Source: an uncultured Lachnospiraceae bacterium
GTDB taxonomy: Bacteria > Bacillota > Clostridia > Lachnospirales > Lachnospiraceae
DNA: 64,000 nt
Reading direction: 5' to 3'
Assembly (NCBI GenBank): GCA_945868305.1
Contig: CAMBKU010000002.1
Span: forward strand, 6,752-70,751
Within the stretch, counting starts at the first letter, position 1. Every line of letters starts with the position of its first letter. Shown piece after piece: positions 48,346 through 62,860 of the stretch. The translations under genes and the position numbers were made by a program. The notes under the pieces are model-generated. The model worked only from the letters and a program-made list of their open reading frames with translations, did no database searches and had not been told where the DNA came from.

Positions 48346-49512
48346 TTATTTTTTGTATACAACCTTCCCATCTATAATCGTATACAGCACCTCATATCCC
48401 TCATCAAAAATACTTTTATCCGTAATTACAAAATCTGCATCTTTTCCCACTTCAACAGAACCCACTCTGTCTGAAACACCGATATGATCTGCTGCATTTA
48501 TGGTAATTGCCCGAAGGGCATCTTCCTTTTCCATGCCATTCCGAAACGCCATATATGCACAAAGTGGAAGGTACTGTTCTTCGGTCACCGGAAAATCCGT
48601 AATGATGGAAACTTTACACCCGGCTTTTGCTAGAATTTCAGGTGTTTGAAAGGATTTGTGCAAAAGCTCCGGCTTCACTGCATGACCAAAGGAAGGGCCG
48701 ATGGCAAGGGAGTATCCTTCCGCCGCCAGCCTTTCTTTGATCAGATGCCCTTCTGTCACATGGTCCAGAGTCAGACCTATGCCAAATTCTTTCGCCAGCC
48801 GGATTGCCGTAAAAATGTCGTCCGCCCGGTGAACATGAGCCTTTAACGGCATCTCTCCATGCAAAACCGGAAGCATGGCTTCCAGCTTGGCATTATATTC
48901 CGGCATCTTTAAAATATCCTCTCCTGCTGCCTGCTTTCTTTGATCATAAACTCGTGCCTGCCTCAATAATTCACGGATTTTTGCTGCAATCGTCATGCGG
49001 GAATAAACATCTTTTTCTTTATAGCAATTTTTCGGATTTTCACCAAAGGCACATTTCATAGCCGCATCCCGTTTTATGACCATATCATCAATACAATTCC
49101 CTGCTGTTTTTATGACGGCGAAAGTTCCTCCAACCACATTGGAACTGCCCGGACCGGCAGCCACTGTAGTGACACCTGCTTTTCTTGCCAGTTCAAAAGA
49201 TGCATCCATAGGATTTATCGCATCAATGGCATGCAATTCCGGAGTTATGCTGTCGTTTATTTCATTCACGTCATCACTCTCAAACCCCACTGCATAGCCT
49301 TCCAGCCCCAGATGACAATGTGCATCCACAAAACCCGGATAAATCTCTAATCCGGATGCATCCAGAATTTCTGCTTCGTTGATTTCCACTGGCTCTAAAA
49401 TTTCTGCAATTTTTCCTATTTTTCCGTCTTTCACGAAAATATCCGCAACTTCCACTGTGCCCAAAGTAACATTGTGGACATTTCCCTGTTTCAGTACAAG
49501 CTGATTTTTCAC
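48346..49512 (-). CDS. Metal-dependent amidohydrolase
   Basis: PGFVDAHCH, KCAFGENPK, AHVH, DHVT, ITDFP, GKDADFV. Confidence 0.9.
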   Translation of the reverse strand: MKNQLVLKQGNVHNVTLGTVEVADIFVKDGKIGKIAEILEPVEINEAEILDASGLEIYPGFVDAHCHLGLEGYAVGFESDDVNEINDSITPELHAIDAINPMDASFELARKAGVTTVAAGPGSSNVVGGTFAVIKTAGNCIDDMVIKRDAAMKCAFGENPKNCYKEKDVYSRMTIAAKIRELLRQARVYDQRKQAAGEDILKMPEYNAKLEAMLPVLHGEMPLKAHVHRADDIFTAIRLAKEFGIGLTLDHVTEGHLIKERLAAEGYSLAIGPSFGHAVKPELLHKSFQTPEILAKAGCKVSIITDFPVTEEQYLPLCAYMAFRNGMEKEDALRAITINAADHIGVSDRVGSVEVGKDADFVITDKSIFDEGYEVLYTIIDGKVVYKK

Positions 49513-49582
49513 ACAAAACTCCTGCTTTCTGTTTTTTCTTAGTTTGTGTGAAAGCAGCAGGTTTTATACCTGACTTTGGGAT

Positions 49583-50881
49583 TTATCTCTCCTCAAGCAG
49601 TTGAAACCTTCCTACCAGCTCATCTAAAGACATTGTTTCCGCAGACAATTCTTCACTTGTTGCAGAAGTTTCCTGTGATGCCGCCGAATTCATCTGGATT
49701 ACATCACCAATCTGTTTTACCCGTTCTTCGATTTTCTTTACCGAAACTGCCTGTTTGTCAGATGAAATTCGAATATTCGCCACTTCTCCGATAATTTTAT
49801 CCAATTCATCAATTACTTTATTTAAAGATTCCGCCGTCTGGCTTGTCACCTCATTGCCATGCTCTACTTCTGCCTGATTTGCCTCTAAAAGATGCCTGGA
49901 TGTCTCTGCTGATTTCGCACTGTTCTCCGCCAACATACGAATCTGTTCTGCAACTACTGCAAAACCTCTTCCTGCTTCTCCTGCTCTTGCCGCCTCGATT
50001 GATGCATTTAAGGATAACAGGTTTGTCTGGGATGCAATTCCTTCGATTTCCGTAATAACACTTTCAATTTCATTTGAGGTTACAGAAATCCGCTCCATAG
50101 CTTCCATCAATTCATGCATCTTATCCTGACTAATATTTGCTTCTTTTCCTACTTCCTTTGCTCTGTCGTGTACGATATCCGTAGATTGGCTATTTGCAAC
50201 CACCTGCTCGGTAACCTCTGCCACATTCTCTACCAAACTATCCACTGCTGCTGCCTGTTCTGTTGCTCCCCTTGCTAAATCCTGTGAACTGATTGCAAGC
50301 TGTTCTGAGCCTGCCGCTACCTGATCCGAAGATTCTTTAATAGACCGAAGCGCACTGCTCATGTGCTGCACCGTATTGTTCAGTTCCTTCATGACAGATT
50401 CAAATTCTCCCGTATAAGATTCGCTGCACTGTGACTGTACCGTATAATTTCCTTTTGCAAGCTCTGCCAAGATCTGGTCTAAATCCACAATAATCCCATG
50501 CAGTGTCTTTCCTGACTTTTGAAAGTCTTTTACCAAATCTCCAATCTCATCTTCCGCATCATACTCCAGTTCCACATCCAATATGCCGTTAGAAAGATTT
50601 TGTGCCACATTTTCTAACTCTTTCACCGGATTTACAATATAATATATTAACCACTTTGCCTGCCGCAAAGTAATTAAAACGCCATAAATCCCAAATCCCA
50701 CAAGCAATACGCTGCAAATTGCCATAATGGCAATTTCCGCTGCCGGAGGAACCAATTCTATTAATACAAACCCTATAATCGCTACAATAATACAGAATAC
50801 ATACTGACGAATACTCAGCATAACCGTATCCATAACCTTCCCTTTAATACTTTTGTTTTTAAACACTTCTTCTTTTGTCAT
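49583..50881 (-). CDS. Methyl-accepting chemotaxis protein
   Basis: Two TMs, HAMP (DEIGDL), [27 protein letters not shown]. Confidence 0.95.
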   Translation of the reverse strand: MTKEEVFKNKSIKGKVMDTVMLSIRQYVFCIIVAIIGFVLIELVPPAAEIAIMAICSVLLVGFGIYGVLITLRQAKWLIYYIVNPVKELENVAQNLSNGILDVELEYDAEDEIGDLVKDFQKSGKTLHGIIVDLDQILAELAKGNYTVQSQCSESYTGEFESVMKELNNTVQHMSSALRSIKESSDQVAAGSEQLAISSQDLARGATEQAAAVDSLVENVAEVTEQVVANSQSTDIVHDRAKEVGKEANISQDKMHELMEAMERISVTSNEIESVITEIEGIASQTNLLSLNASIEAARAGEAGRGFAVVAEQIRMLAENSAKSAETSRHLLEANQAEVEHGNEVTSQTAESLNKVIDELDKIIGEVANIRISSDKQAVSVKKIEERVKQIGDVIQMNSAASQETSATSEELSAETMSLDELVGRFQLLEER

Positions 50882-51068
50882 CTTACATCTCCTTTATTTT
50901 TTTATCCATAACTCGCACTCTCCTATCATACACGCTCTTTTTTTCTTTCGCAAATCTTTTTTAACACTTTTTAGTTTTTTTTAGCACTTTTTAACATCAA
51001 AAAAACTGCAGCACCGCAGATTTTCTCCGCGTTGCCACAGCTTTCCTGTAATATTATGATATGATTCT

Positions 51069-51476
51069 TTAATTTTTAATATCAATCCGAACCAATGCTC
51101 TCCGCAGTGCCAGCTCAGCTCTCGCCACATCAAGATTCGCATTCTTTGCCGCAAGCCGTTCCTGGGCACGCTCTTTGGCTGCTTCGGCACGATTTATATC
51201 TATTTCATCCGGCCACTCAGCGACCTCAGCGAGAAGCGTTACTTTTTCACCAAGTATTTCCGCAAATCCGGCATGAACTGCCGCCTTTTTTTGCTCGTCA
51301 TCCTTTGTGATTGTGACAATGCCCGGTGCCAGCACCGTAGTCAGGGGAATATGATTTTTGTAGACACCGATTTCTCCGTTTACGGTGTTAAACTCAATCA
51401 TAGTCGCTTCCCCTTCATAAAACACACGGTCCGGTGTAATAATTTCTACTTTAAAAATCCTGTTCTCATCTGCCAT
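51069..51476 (-). CDS. atpC: F1 epsilon subunit
   Basis: EIITPDR, GEIGV..NHIP, GFAE, RAEAAKERA. Confidence 0.95.
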   Translation of the reverse strand: MADENRIFKVEIITPDRVFYEGEATMIEFNTVNGEIGVYKNHIPLTTVLAPGIVTITKDDEQKKAAVHAGFAEILGEKVTLLAEVAEWPDEIDINRAEAAKERAQERLAAKNANLDVARAELALRRALVRIDIKN

Positions 51477-51487
51477 AACGTCACCCC

Positions 51488-52885
<1,398 letters not shown>

Positions 52886-52924
52886 TTATCACTCCTTATT
52901 TCAAATTTATTTGTAACATCCGCC

Positions 52925-53782
52925 TTACGAAAGTGCTTCCGCACCGGCGATAATCTCTGTCAGTTCCTGCGTGATGGAGCCCTGACGCGCACGGTTAAAT
53001 TTAAGCGTCAGGTCATCTATCATTTCTTCTGCGTTGCTCGTTGCAGAATCCATTGCCTGCATTCGCGCACCATTTTCACTGGCAACTGCTTCCACCAATG
53101 CCCCGTAAAACAGGCTTGTAATATACTTCGGGATAATCATATTAAGTGCTTCCTCTTCATTCGGCTCATAATTCATGAGCACATTATCATCGGAAGCCTC
53201 CGTATCCACATCATCAAATTCTACCGGAAGGAGCTTCATGAGTTTCGGTTCATGCACCACCGTATTTTTAAAATGAGTGTATGCAAGATAAATTTCTCCA
53301 ATCTCTCCCGCGGCGAAATCCTGAAGTACCTTTTTGCAGATATCCGAAGCATCTGCATATGTCGGCGCTTCAATCACCTCGGAAGCATCAAGCTTCACCT
53401 CATATCCCCGACGCTCCAATGCCTCCTTGCCCTTGTTTCCAATGGTATAAAGCACAATATCCTCTTTCGGGATTTCTCCGTCGGTAATAAGCTTTGTGAT
53501 ATTGGAATTATATCCTCCGGCAAGTCCCCGGTTGGAAGTGATTACCACGATTCCCTTCTTCGTTGACGAACCTGCTTTAAGATACGGATGATTCACCGTC
53601 CCGGAACGCGCCAGCATGGAAGTCACCGCATGATACATATGATTAAAATACGGATTCACTTCCTCTGCATGGCCTTTGGCTTTCTGCAGTTTTACGGTAG
53701 AAACCAGTTTCATGGCTTTTGTGATCTGCTGTGTACTCTGTATACTGCCTTTTCTTCGCTTTATGTCTCTCATGGAAGCCAT
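52925..53782 (-). CDS. atpG: F1 gamma subunit
   Basis: ITKAMKLV, RGLAG, SENGARMQAM, RQGSITQEL. Confidence 0.97.
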   Translation of the reverse strand: MASMRDIKRRKGSIQSTQQITKAMKLVSTVKLQKAKGHAEEVNPYFNHMYHAVTSMLARSGTVNHPYLKAGSSTKKGIVVITSNRGLAGGYNSNITKLITDGEIPKEDIVLYTIGNKGKEALERRGYEVKLDASEVIEAPTYADASDICKKVLQDFAAGEIGEIYLAYTHFKNTVVHEPKLMKLLPVEFDDVDTEASDDNVLMNYEPNEEEALNMIIPKYITSLFYGALVEAVASENGARMQAMDSATSNAEEMIDDLTLKFNRARQGSITQELTEIIAGAEALS

Positions 53783-53815
53783 AATTTTCTCACCGCCTTT
53801 GCTGATTTCTACACG

Positions 53816-55871
<2,056 letters not shown>

Positions 55872-55884
<13 letters not shown>

Positions 55885-56387
55885 GTCGAATCACCCATTT
55901 CCTTTAACGTTTCTTCCACCAGCGAATCCTGGATACTGGTATCGATGGATGCTGCAACTACCTTCGCCGCCATCATGGATGCGACAGAAATCATTTCCTG
56001 CTTCATATCATCCATCACACGCTTCTTCTCTAAAAGAGCTTCTTCGTTTGCGTGCTTAATAATCCGCTGTGCTTCCTGCTTTGCATCATCGATAATCTTC
56101 GCTTCATTCCGCAGCGCTTTCTGCCTTGCTTCGCTAAGGATTACCTCTGCTTCCTTATCTACATTTTTCAGCTTTTCTTCATAGGATGCCTTTAACGCAG
56201 CCGCTTCTTCTTTATCCGAAGCTGCCGTGTCAATATCCGTTTTGATTCGTTCCTGTCTGTCCTTTAACATCTTTCTTGCCGGTTTAAACAAGAGATAGGA
56301 TAATGCCAGACACAGGAAAAATACTGCAATCGCCAAAAGCACCGTATCATGAATAAGCTGGAAATCGAGTTCAAATAATCTTGTCAT
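55872..56387 (-). CDS. atpF: Fo b subunit
   Basis: N-terminal TM, FKP...RQERI, long coiled coil. Confidence 0.95.
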
Positions 56388-56433
56388 AACGTAGAAGTAA
56401 AACCTCCTTTCCGTCTTTCTTTACGAAATCTCC

Positions 56434-57461
<1,028 letters not shown>

Positions 57462-57487
57462 GTTCTCACCTCCTATTCCTATTTCAC

Positions 57488-57910
57488 TCACTCCACATTG
57501 TCCGGAGATACATCACCTCTCCCTTGCATTTTCATAAATGCTTTATGCATCAAAGGCTGCATGTAAGCTGACGCCTTTAATCCCATAACTCCTAAGAAAG
57601 CAGAAAACAGACTGCCCAGATGAAAAATCATCATCACCAGAAAAATGACAACAACAACAACATAGCGCAGAATGGATTTCGCGATAATCCTCCGCTTTGC
57701 CTTCTCGGCTCCTGCAAAATCCACTGCATCAAGCAGTACCACTGCCATGTGGATTGCCATACCGATTGCTGTTACAATCCCAATCATAAGTCCGCTGGTA
57801 AACCGCAGCTTATCCGAAACGAACCAGACTCCTACGAGTTCTATTGCTATTCCATAAAAAATGATTCCCAACACAAGGCCGGGCAATGCATCATTTAGTC
57901 TTTTTAACAT
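57488..57910 (-). CDS. atpI: ATP synthase protein I (AtpI/UncI-like)
   Basis: 4-TM protein with ILRY motif directly before atpB. Confidence 0.7.
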   Translation of the reverse strand: MLKRLNDALPGLVLGIIFYGIAIELVGVWFVSDKLRFTSGLMIGIVTAIGMAIHMAVVLLDAVDFAGAEKAKRRIIAKSILRYVVVVVIFLVMMIFHLGSLFSAFLGVMGLKASAYMQPLMHKAFMKMQGRGDVSPDNVE

Positions 57911-58160
57911 CTTTTCTTTCCTCTTTCGGTCTGCTTTCTGTTTTTGGCTCGTCCTCATAAACACTTTTCGCCATACGATAGACATTTCCAAATCCTGCCA
58001 GCGCACCCACAAAAAAAAGCGGAATCACGACAAAATCCTTGCCCACCTTGTTGCCTATCCAGACTCCGGCTAATGTACATAACAGAATGGGAACAATCAT
58101 ATTGATGCCGAACTGCATCACCAGTGCAAATGACTGGAAAACTTTCTTTCTGCCCTTCAT
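57891..58160 (-). CDS. AtpZ/AtpI-family small membrane protein
   Basis: QFGINMIVP..GVWIG..GALAG; first gene of atp operon. Confidence 0.8.
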   Translation of the reverse strand: MKGRKKVFQSFALVMQFGINMIVPILLCTLAGVWIGNKVGKDFVVIPLFFVGALAGFGNVYRMAKSVYEDEPKTESRPKEERKDVKKTK

Positions 58161-58401
58161 GTCGGTCCCCTTTCTGTATTCTGAATTTAAAATTTTTTTA
58201 TTAACATATTATATATTATATCATTTTTGTGCGGTTTGTCCATAAATTATTCGCACTTTTTTGTCATTTTCGATATTCTGCCAAATTTTGTATTTCCATT
58301 TTTTCTATTTTGTGGTAATTCGCTTTCTTTGCGTTGGTTTTTTCATAAATTTTTATCATTAAACAATCCCAAAAAATGCTGCACTAAATGGCAGAGCATT
58401 T

Positions 58402-59463
58402 TTACCCCAACAGCCATAAATAATAGTAAACAGGAAACACCTTCCGCAGTACGCCCACCGCCGGAAAATAAACCGCCAGATCAAAAAACACCGGACAAAT
58501 CAAAAGACTTAAGACCAGCACCCCACAGATGCTGCAAAGATACTTTTGTTCGTTCCGAAACAGCGCTGCAAAAAGAAGGGTCCACCCTGTTGACAGCGCC
58601 ACAAGAAACAGCATGGCAAAAATTCCCCGAAGCAGGTTCTCCCCGCCTGCCAAATCTGTAAATATTTCCAACAGAATTGCCGTCATAAGAAGCGGAATAA
58701 AGATTTGTGAAAAGCGCAGAAAAAAGCGTTCCTTTTGACGTAACTTTTTTCCGACATTTTCATATTCCTGGCAAAATTTGTATCTTCCATACAAAAGCGC
58801 TGCTGCAAACATACAAGAACCAAGAATGCCGGGCACTGTTTTTACCGCTGATGCCTCCCGTTCCCCAGTTGTATTATCTTTCTCTACAAATTCCACCGTA
58901 AAAATCTCGTCACTGTTTAAATACTTTTCATTGTTCGCAAGAACCGCCTCTGCCGCCTCGCTGCTTTTCTCCTCAAACAAAAATCCACTTTCTGATTCCT
59001 GTTTTAAGATTTCTTCACTCAAATATTGAAACAGCACCGCATAGACGCTCTCCTTTGCCACAAATCCCTTTGTGGTGGCGGTACTGTAAACATAGATAAT
59101 GCTCTCGTCCAAATCTCTGTCTCTTACCGCATTATCCAATGCCCCCGGCAGAACAAACCCGCAATCGTATTCCCCACGGTAAACCGCCTGCTCTAATTCT
59201 TCTGCCCCGGAGGTTTCCACAAACACCAGACCATTTTCCTTTTTTAACAGTTCTTCTTTTATCCGTTCCCCATACCAACTGTCTTCAGCAAAGATTCCGA
59301 CGCAGGTATTTTCTGTCTTCGGCAAAATCACGTTCTGCGTTAAATAAAGCAAAAACAGGACACCCAGAATCAGAACATAAAAAGAAGGTCTTTTCAACTG
59401 CCTTTTTACTGTCATTCCAATCCATTTCCCGTATTGTTTCCAGCTATTTTTTTGCTTTTTCAT
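58402..59463 (-). CDS. ABC-2 type permease
   Basis: N-terminal TM, extracellular domain (VYRGEYDCGFVLP), five C-terminal TMs ending FPVYYY. Confidence 0.8.
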   Translation of the reverse strand: MKKQKNSWKQYGKWIGMTVKRQLKRPSFYVLILGVLFLLYLTQNVILPKTENTCVGIFAEDSWYGERIKEELLKKENGLVFVETSGAEELEQAVYRGEYDCGFVLPGALDNAVRDRDLDESIIYVYSTATTKGFVAKESVYAVLFQYLSEEILKQESESGFLFEEKSSEAAEAVLANNEKYLNSDEIFTVEFVEKDNTTGEREASAVKTVPGILGSCMFAAALLYGRYKFCQEYENVGKKLRQKERFFLRFSQIFIPLLMTAILLEIFTDLAGGENLLRGIFAMLFLVALSTGWTLLFAALFRNEQKYLCSICGVLVLSLLICPVFFDLAVYFPAVGVLRKVFPVYYYLWLLG

Positions 59464-60655
59464 ATGAAATAAAAGTCCCCACTCCTCCGAATAATAAAAT
59501 GACTGCAAACAACGAAACTATGGTCTTTGCCTCCAGTCCGGTCCACAAAAGTTCCACCAGATAGTTCTGCCAATAAGTAAGCGGAAAGCAACCGCTTATT
59601 TTTTGCATCCATACCGGAAATGCAGAGATTGGAAACAGCCCTCCTGCACATACAATCATAAAAATCGTGATAAGCAGATAGAGTAACCCACCGTTTTCCG
59701 AATTCCCACACAACGAAAACAGCATATGCATAAATGATGCCTGTGCCAATGCGTAAAGAAACAGTCCTGCAATCTGCCCCGGAAAAATCATGGCAACCGA
59801 CTCTATCGCATGCGCATACAAAAGATTGCCAAAAATATAACAAGCCACCAACACCAACCACAAGGTAGACGCCATAACCAGAATCCGCGTCACCGACTGT
59901 AACGGAATATCAACTCCTATTCGCCTTAAGCATCTGGAGAAGTCCCGGTTCTCTGTCTTATACAGCGAAAGAAATCCAAAACCGAAAATCCCACAGAGTA
60001 CCGTTACGGCACATGCAAGATAAAATTCCAGCAGCCCAATCCCTTCAAGCGGCGTTTCCTCAAGTTCCGCAAAAGTATTTACTCTGCCAAACGCATATTC
60101 CAGATACAGATAGGACATTTCGTACTCCATGTCATTTTTTGACATGGAAAGCTTATAATCTTTTGACGCATCGTCTACTGCATACACTGCAGCCTGTGCC
60201 GTCTGAAGCATGGAAACTCCGGAGCTCACCAATTCCCTAAATACAACTTCATTTACCTTGGAATCCGGTGCCAGCAGAATGTCTACCGGCGTATTGATTC
60301 CGTTATTCACATCGTCATAAAAATTTTCGGTAAGCAGGATTGCCGCTTCCAGTTTTCCCTCTGCAAGTTCCGCCCGCGCCGTTTCTTCATCCGGATAGGA
60401 GAAATTACAGACACTGTCCACACTTTCCATACCGGAGATAAGCTTCATGACCATCTGTGTACTTGTTTCCTGCTTCGGAATCACAATCCCGATATTCATT
60501 TTATCAAAGGTCTGTGACTTAAGCATAAACTGGCAAATCAACGCGATTGCAAGTATAAGCGCCACTGTCGTGACCAAAAACGATTGTATAAAAAAAGGGA
60601 TTATTTTAATCCCTTTTTTTAATTCAATTCGCAGATATGCAAATATTCTTTTCAT
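59444..60655 (-). CDS. ABC-2 type permease
   Basis: Same topology; AGGLFPISAFPVWMQKIS..PLTYW. Confidence 0.85.
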   Translation of the reverse strand: MKRIFAYLRIELKKGIKIIPFFIQSFLVTTVALILAIALICQFMLKSQTFDKMNIGIVIPKQETSTQMVMKLISGMESVDSVCNFSYPDEETARAELAEGKLEAAILLTENFYDDVNNGINTPVDILLAPDSKVNEVVFRELVSSGVSMLQTAQAAVYAVDDASKDYKLSMSKNDMEYEMSYLYLEYAFGRVNTFAELEETPLEGIGLLEFYLACAVTVLCGIFGFGFLSLYKTENRDFSRCLRRIGVDIPLQSVTRILVMASTLWLVLVACYIFGNLLYAHAIESVAMIFPGQIAGLFLYALAQASFMHMLFSLCGNSENGGLLYLLITIFMIVCAGGLFPISAFPVWMQKISGCFPLTYWQNYLVELLWTGLEAKTIVSLFAVILLFGGVGTFISYEKAKK

Positions 60656-60665
60656 TTTCTATTTC

Positions 60666-62135
60666 CTACTGAAGTTCCTTGGTAAAATCCTCAACATCAT
60701 AGAACAAATCATAAAAATCCTGCTCAGAAGCTGTTCCGATATTAAAAACATCCTGCTCCGGTTTCTTGATATTGGACCCCTTCTTTAAGGTAACCGTCAA
60801 ATCTATTGATTCATCCGCAATATCCTTAAAATCTATTACAAGACCTTTCTCAGAATTGTCGATTGTTGCCGTAAATCCTCCGTCTTCCGCCTTCACTTCC
60901 AGTTCTTTGTTCTTGTAATCGTAATTGATATCCATAAGCGTTGTCTTTTCGCCTTCATAAACCTCTACAATCTTTGTCTTTTCCACCGAATCCTCTGTTT
61001 TTCCGAGAATCTTGATAGAACCGCCATCGCCATTTAATGTGTAGGTAATGATAGTATTTTGTGTCGGAGTAGTGCCTCCTCTGAACTCGATATCCAGCTT
61101 CATATCACCGGTCTCATCCGTTCCGGTCACACATACCGCTGCCAGTCTGTTCTTATAAATATAGAAAGTCACATCCAGATCCGGCATATCTTCGATTTCT
61201 TCTTTTAACGTATCAAAAATATTGTTATCAAGCTCTGCAAGTTCATCATCCTCTAAGCCGACAGCCTCAAACATGGTCTTAACATCATTTACCGTATTTT
61301 TATTATATTCACTGTAAACCTCAGAAAGTTCATCCAGACATGCTCCAACATTTTCTTCCGTAAGAGTTGTGGTATAGCCCTTGCACTTTCTGTCCTTTCC
61401 ATCTACTTTAAACACTTCTTTTTCGACAGTTTCAAACTCAAGTGCATTATAGTTATCTTTCAGAATCTTCGTGTATTCCGCAGCCATCTTGGTACTGGAA
61501 GCCATATCATTCATAGAAGTTGTACACAGGTCATCAAATGCCTCAAAGAAATCATCGCCCAGAAGTTCTGCCAGATAACCATCCTTTTCTTCATTGAAAT
61601 AATAGCCAAATGTATCCGGATACAATTTCGGAATGCTGACTAAAAGTTCTTCCTCGTCCATATATTCATGAAAATCCACGCTGGTACCGGAATATACAAA
61701 TTTTCCATTGACTGCATGCTTTTTCTTTGCCGTATTTTGCTGATAAGATGCCTTTAACTCAAAATCTTCTCCATAGGACTCTCCCTCCATCTCTACAGCA
61801 ACGGTATAATTTCCGCCTTCAAGCTGGGAAGATGCATCCAGATCTTTTATCAGTTCATTCGGTTCAAAGGTGTTTGCCGCCGCTTTTATAACCTTTGCAT
61901 TCTTACTTAAAAATACGCCGCTTGCAATACAGATTACAAAGGCAATCACGATGACTGCTATCACACCTATGATAACCCCGATTAATATTTTCGTATTTTT
62001 CTTGTTGGACTTTTGCGGCCCTGCCAGTGGATCAAACGCATTCTGTCCCTCCGTCTGTCTCTGGTCATCCGTTTGTCCGCCCTGCACCGGCTGCCCGGTC
62101 ATCGGATCAAATCTCACTTCATTGTTCTCACTCAT
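60666..62135 (-). CDS. Membrane-anchored hypothetical protein in ABC operon
   Basis: Single N-terminal TM, large acidic extracellular domain; ATGA overlap with ATPase gene. Confidence 0.75.
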   Translation of the reverse strand: MSENNEVRFDPMTGQPVQGGQTDDQRQTEGQNAFDPLAGPQKSNKKNTKILIGVIIGVIAVIVIAFVICIASGVFLSKNAKVIKAAANTFEPNELIKDLDASSQLEGGNYTVAVEMEGESYGEDFELKASYQQNTAKKKHAVNGKFVYSGTSVDFHEYMDEEELLVSIPKLYPDTFGYYFNEEKDGYLAELLGDDFFEAFDDLCTTSMNDMASSTKMAAEYTKILKDNYNALEFETVEKEVFKVDGKDRKCKGYTTTLTEENVGACLDELSEVYSEYNKNTVNDVKTMFEAVGLEDDELAELDNNIFDTLKEEIEDMPDLDVTFYIYKNRLAAVCVTGTDETGDMKLDIEFRGGTTPTQNTIITYTLNGDGGSIKILGKTEDSVEKTKIVEVYEGEKTTLMDINYDYKNKELEVKAEDGGFTATIDNSEKGLVIDFKDIADESIDLTVTLKKGSNIKKPEQDVFNIGTASEQDFYDLFYDVEDFTKELQ

Positions 62136-62799
62136 GCTTGTTTCTCCCTTTTTTTATTTTTTCCAAAATATTTTGTTTGTCTGCTATTTCTTCGGTACAG
62201 CCTTCCTCCATAAAATAGATACGATCACACATTTCAATCTCTGCGCTGTCATGAGTCGCCATCACTACGATTCCGTTTCGTCCGGTAAAATCCCGGATAA
62301 AATCATGAATATTTTCCTTATGAAAAATATCCAAAGCTGCCGTCGGTTCATCCATAATAAGAATTGGCACATCATCTGCTGCAGCACAAGCAATGCTCAC
62401 TCTGCGCTTCATTCCACCGGAAAGCTTTTTTACCGGCATGGAAAGCATTTCCTCAAGCTGAAAGCGCGAAATTATCTCGTTTCTCTTTGCTTTGCCATTA
62501 CGGCTCCAGAGCGAAAGATTATCCCGCACACTCAAATCCTCCATCAGAGGATTTCCCTGAGGTACATATCCGCACATATCCGAAAAAATCCTACGATTTT
62601 TTAACGGTTCTTTCTTAAAAAACCAAATCTCTCCCGCGTCCGGTTTTTCTATCCCGGCAAGAATCGATAAAAAGGTGCTTTTTCCGCATCCGTTTGCTCC
62701 AATGATACCAACGCATTCCCCAGGCGCAGCAAATACGGAAACATCCTTTAAGATTTCTTTTTTCCCTAATTTTTTTGAGATATGCTCTGCTTTTACCAT
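62128..62799 (-). CDS. ABC transporter ATP-binding protein
   Basis: GANGCGKST, LSGGMKRR, ILIMDEPT, ATHD. Confidence 0.95.
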   Translation of the reverse strand: MVKAEHISKKLGKKEILKDVSVFAAPGECVGIIGANGCGKSTFLSILAGIEKPDAGEIWFFKKEPLKNRRIFSDMCGYVPQGNPLMEDLSVRDNLSLWSRNGKAKRNEIISRFQLEEMLSMPVKKLSGGMKRRVSIACAAADDVPILIMDEPTAALDIFHKENIHDFIRDFTGRNGIVVMATHDSAEIEMCDRIYFMEEGCTEEIADKQNILEKIKKGRNKHE

Positions 62800-62830
62800 A
62801 ACTCCATCCTGTCAAAATAGCATAGTAGAT

Positions 62831-62860
62831 ATTATACGGTATCCCTTTGTTTTTTGTCAA
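62831..62860 (-). promoter_or_regulatory. sigmaA promoter for ABC operon inside murE 3' end
   Basis: TTGACA-N18-TATAAT. Confidence 0.6.
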
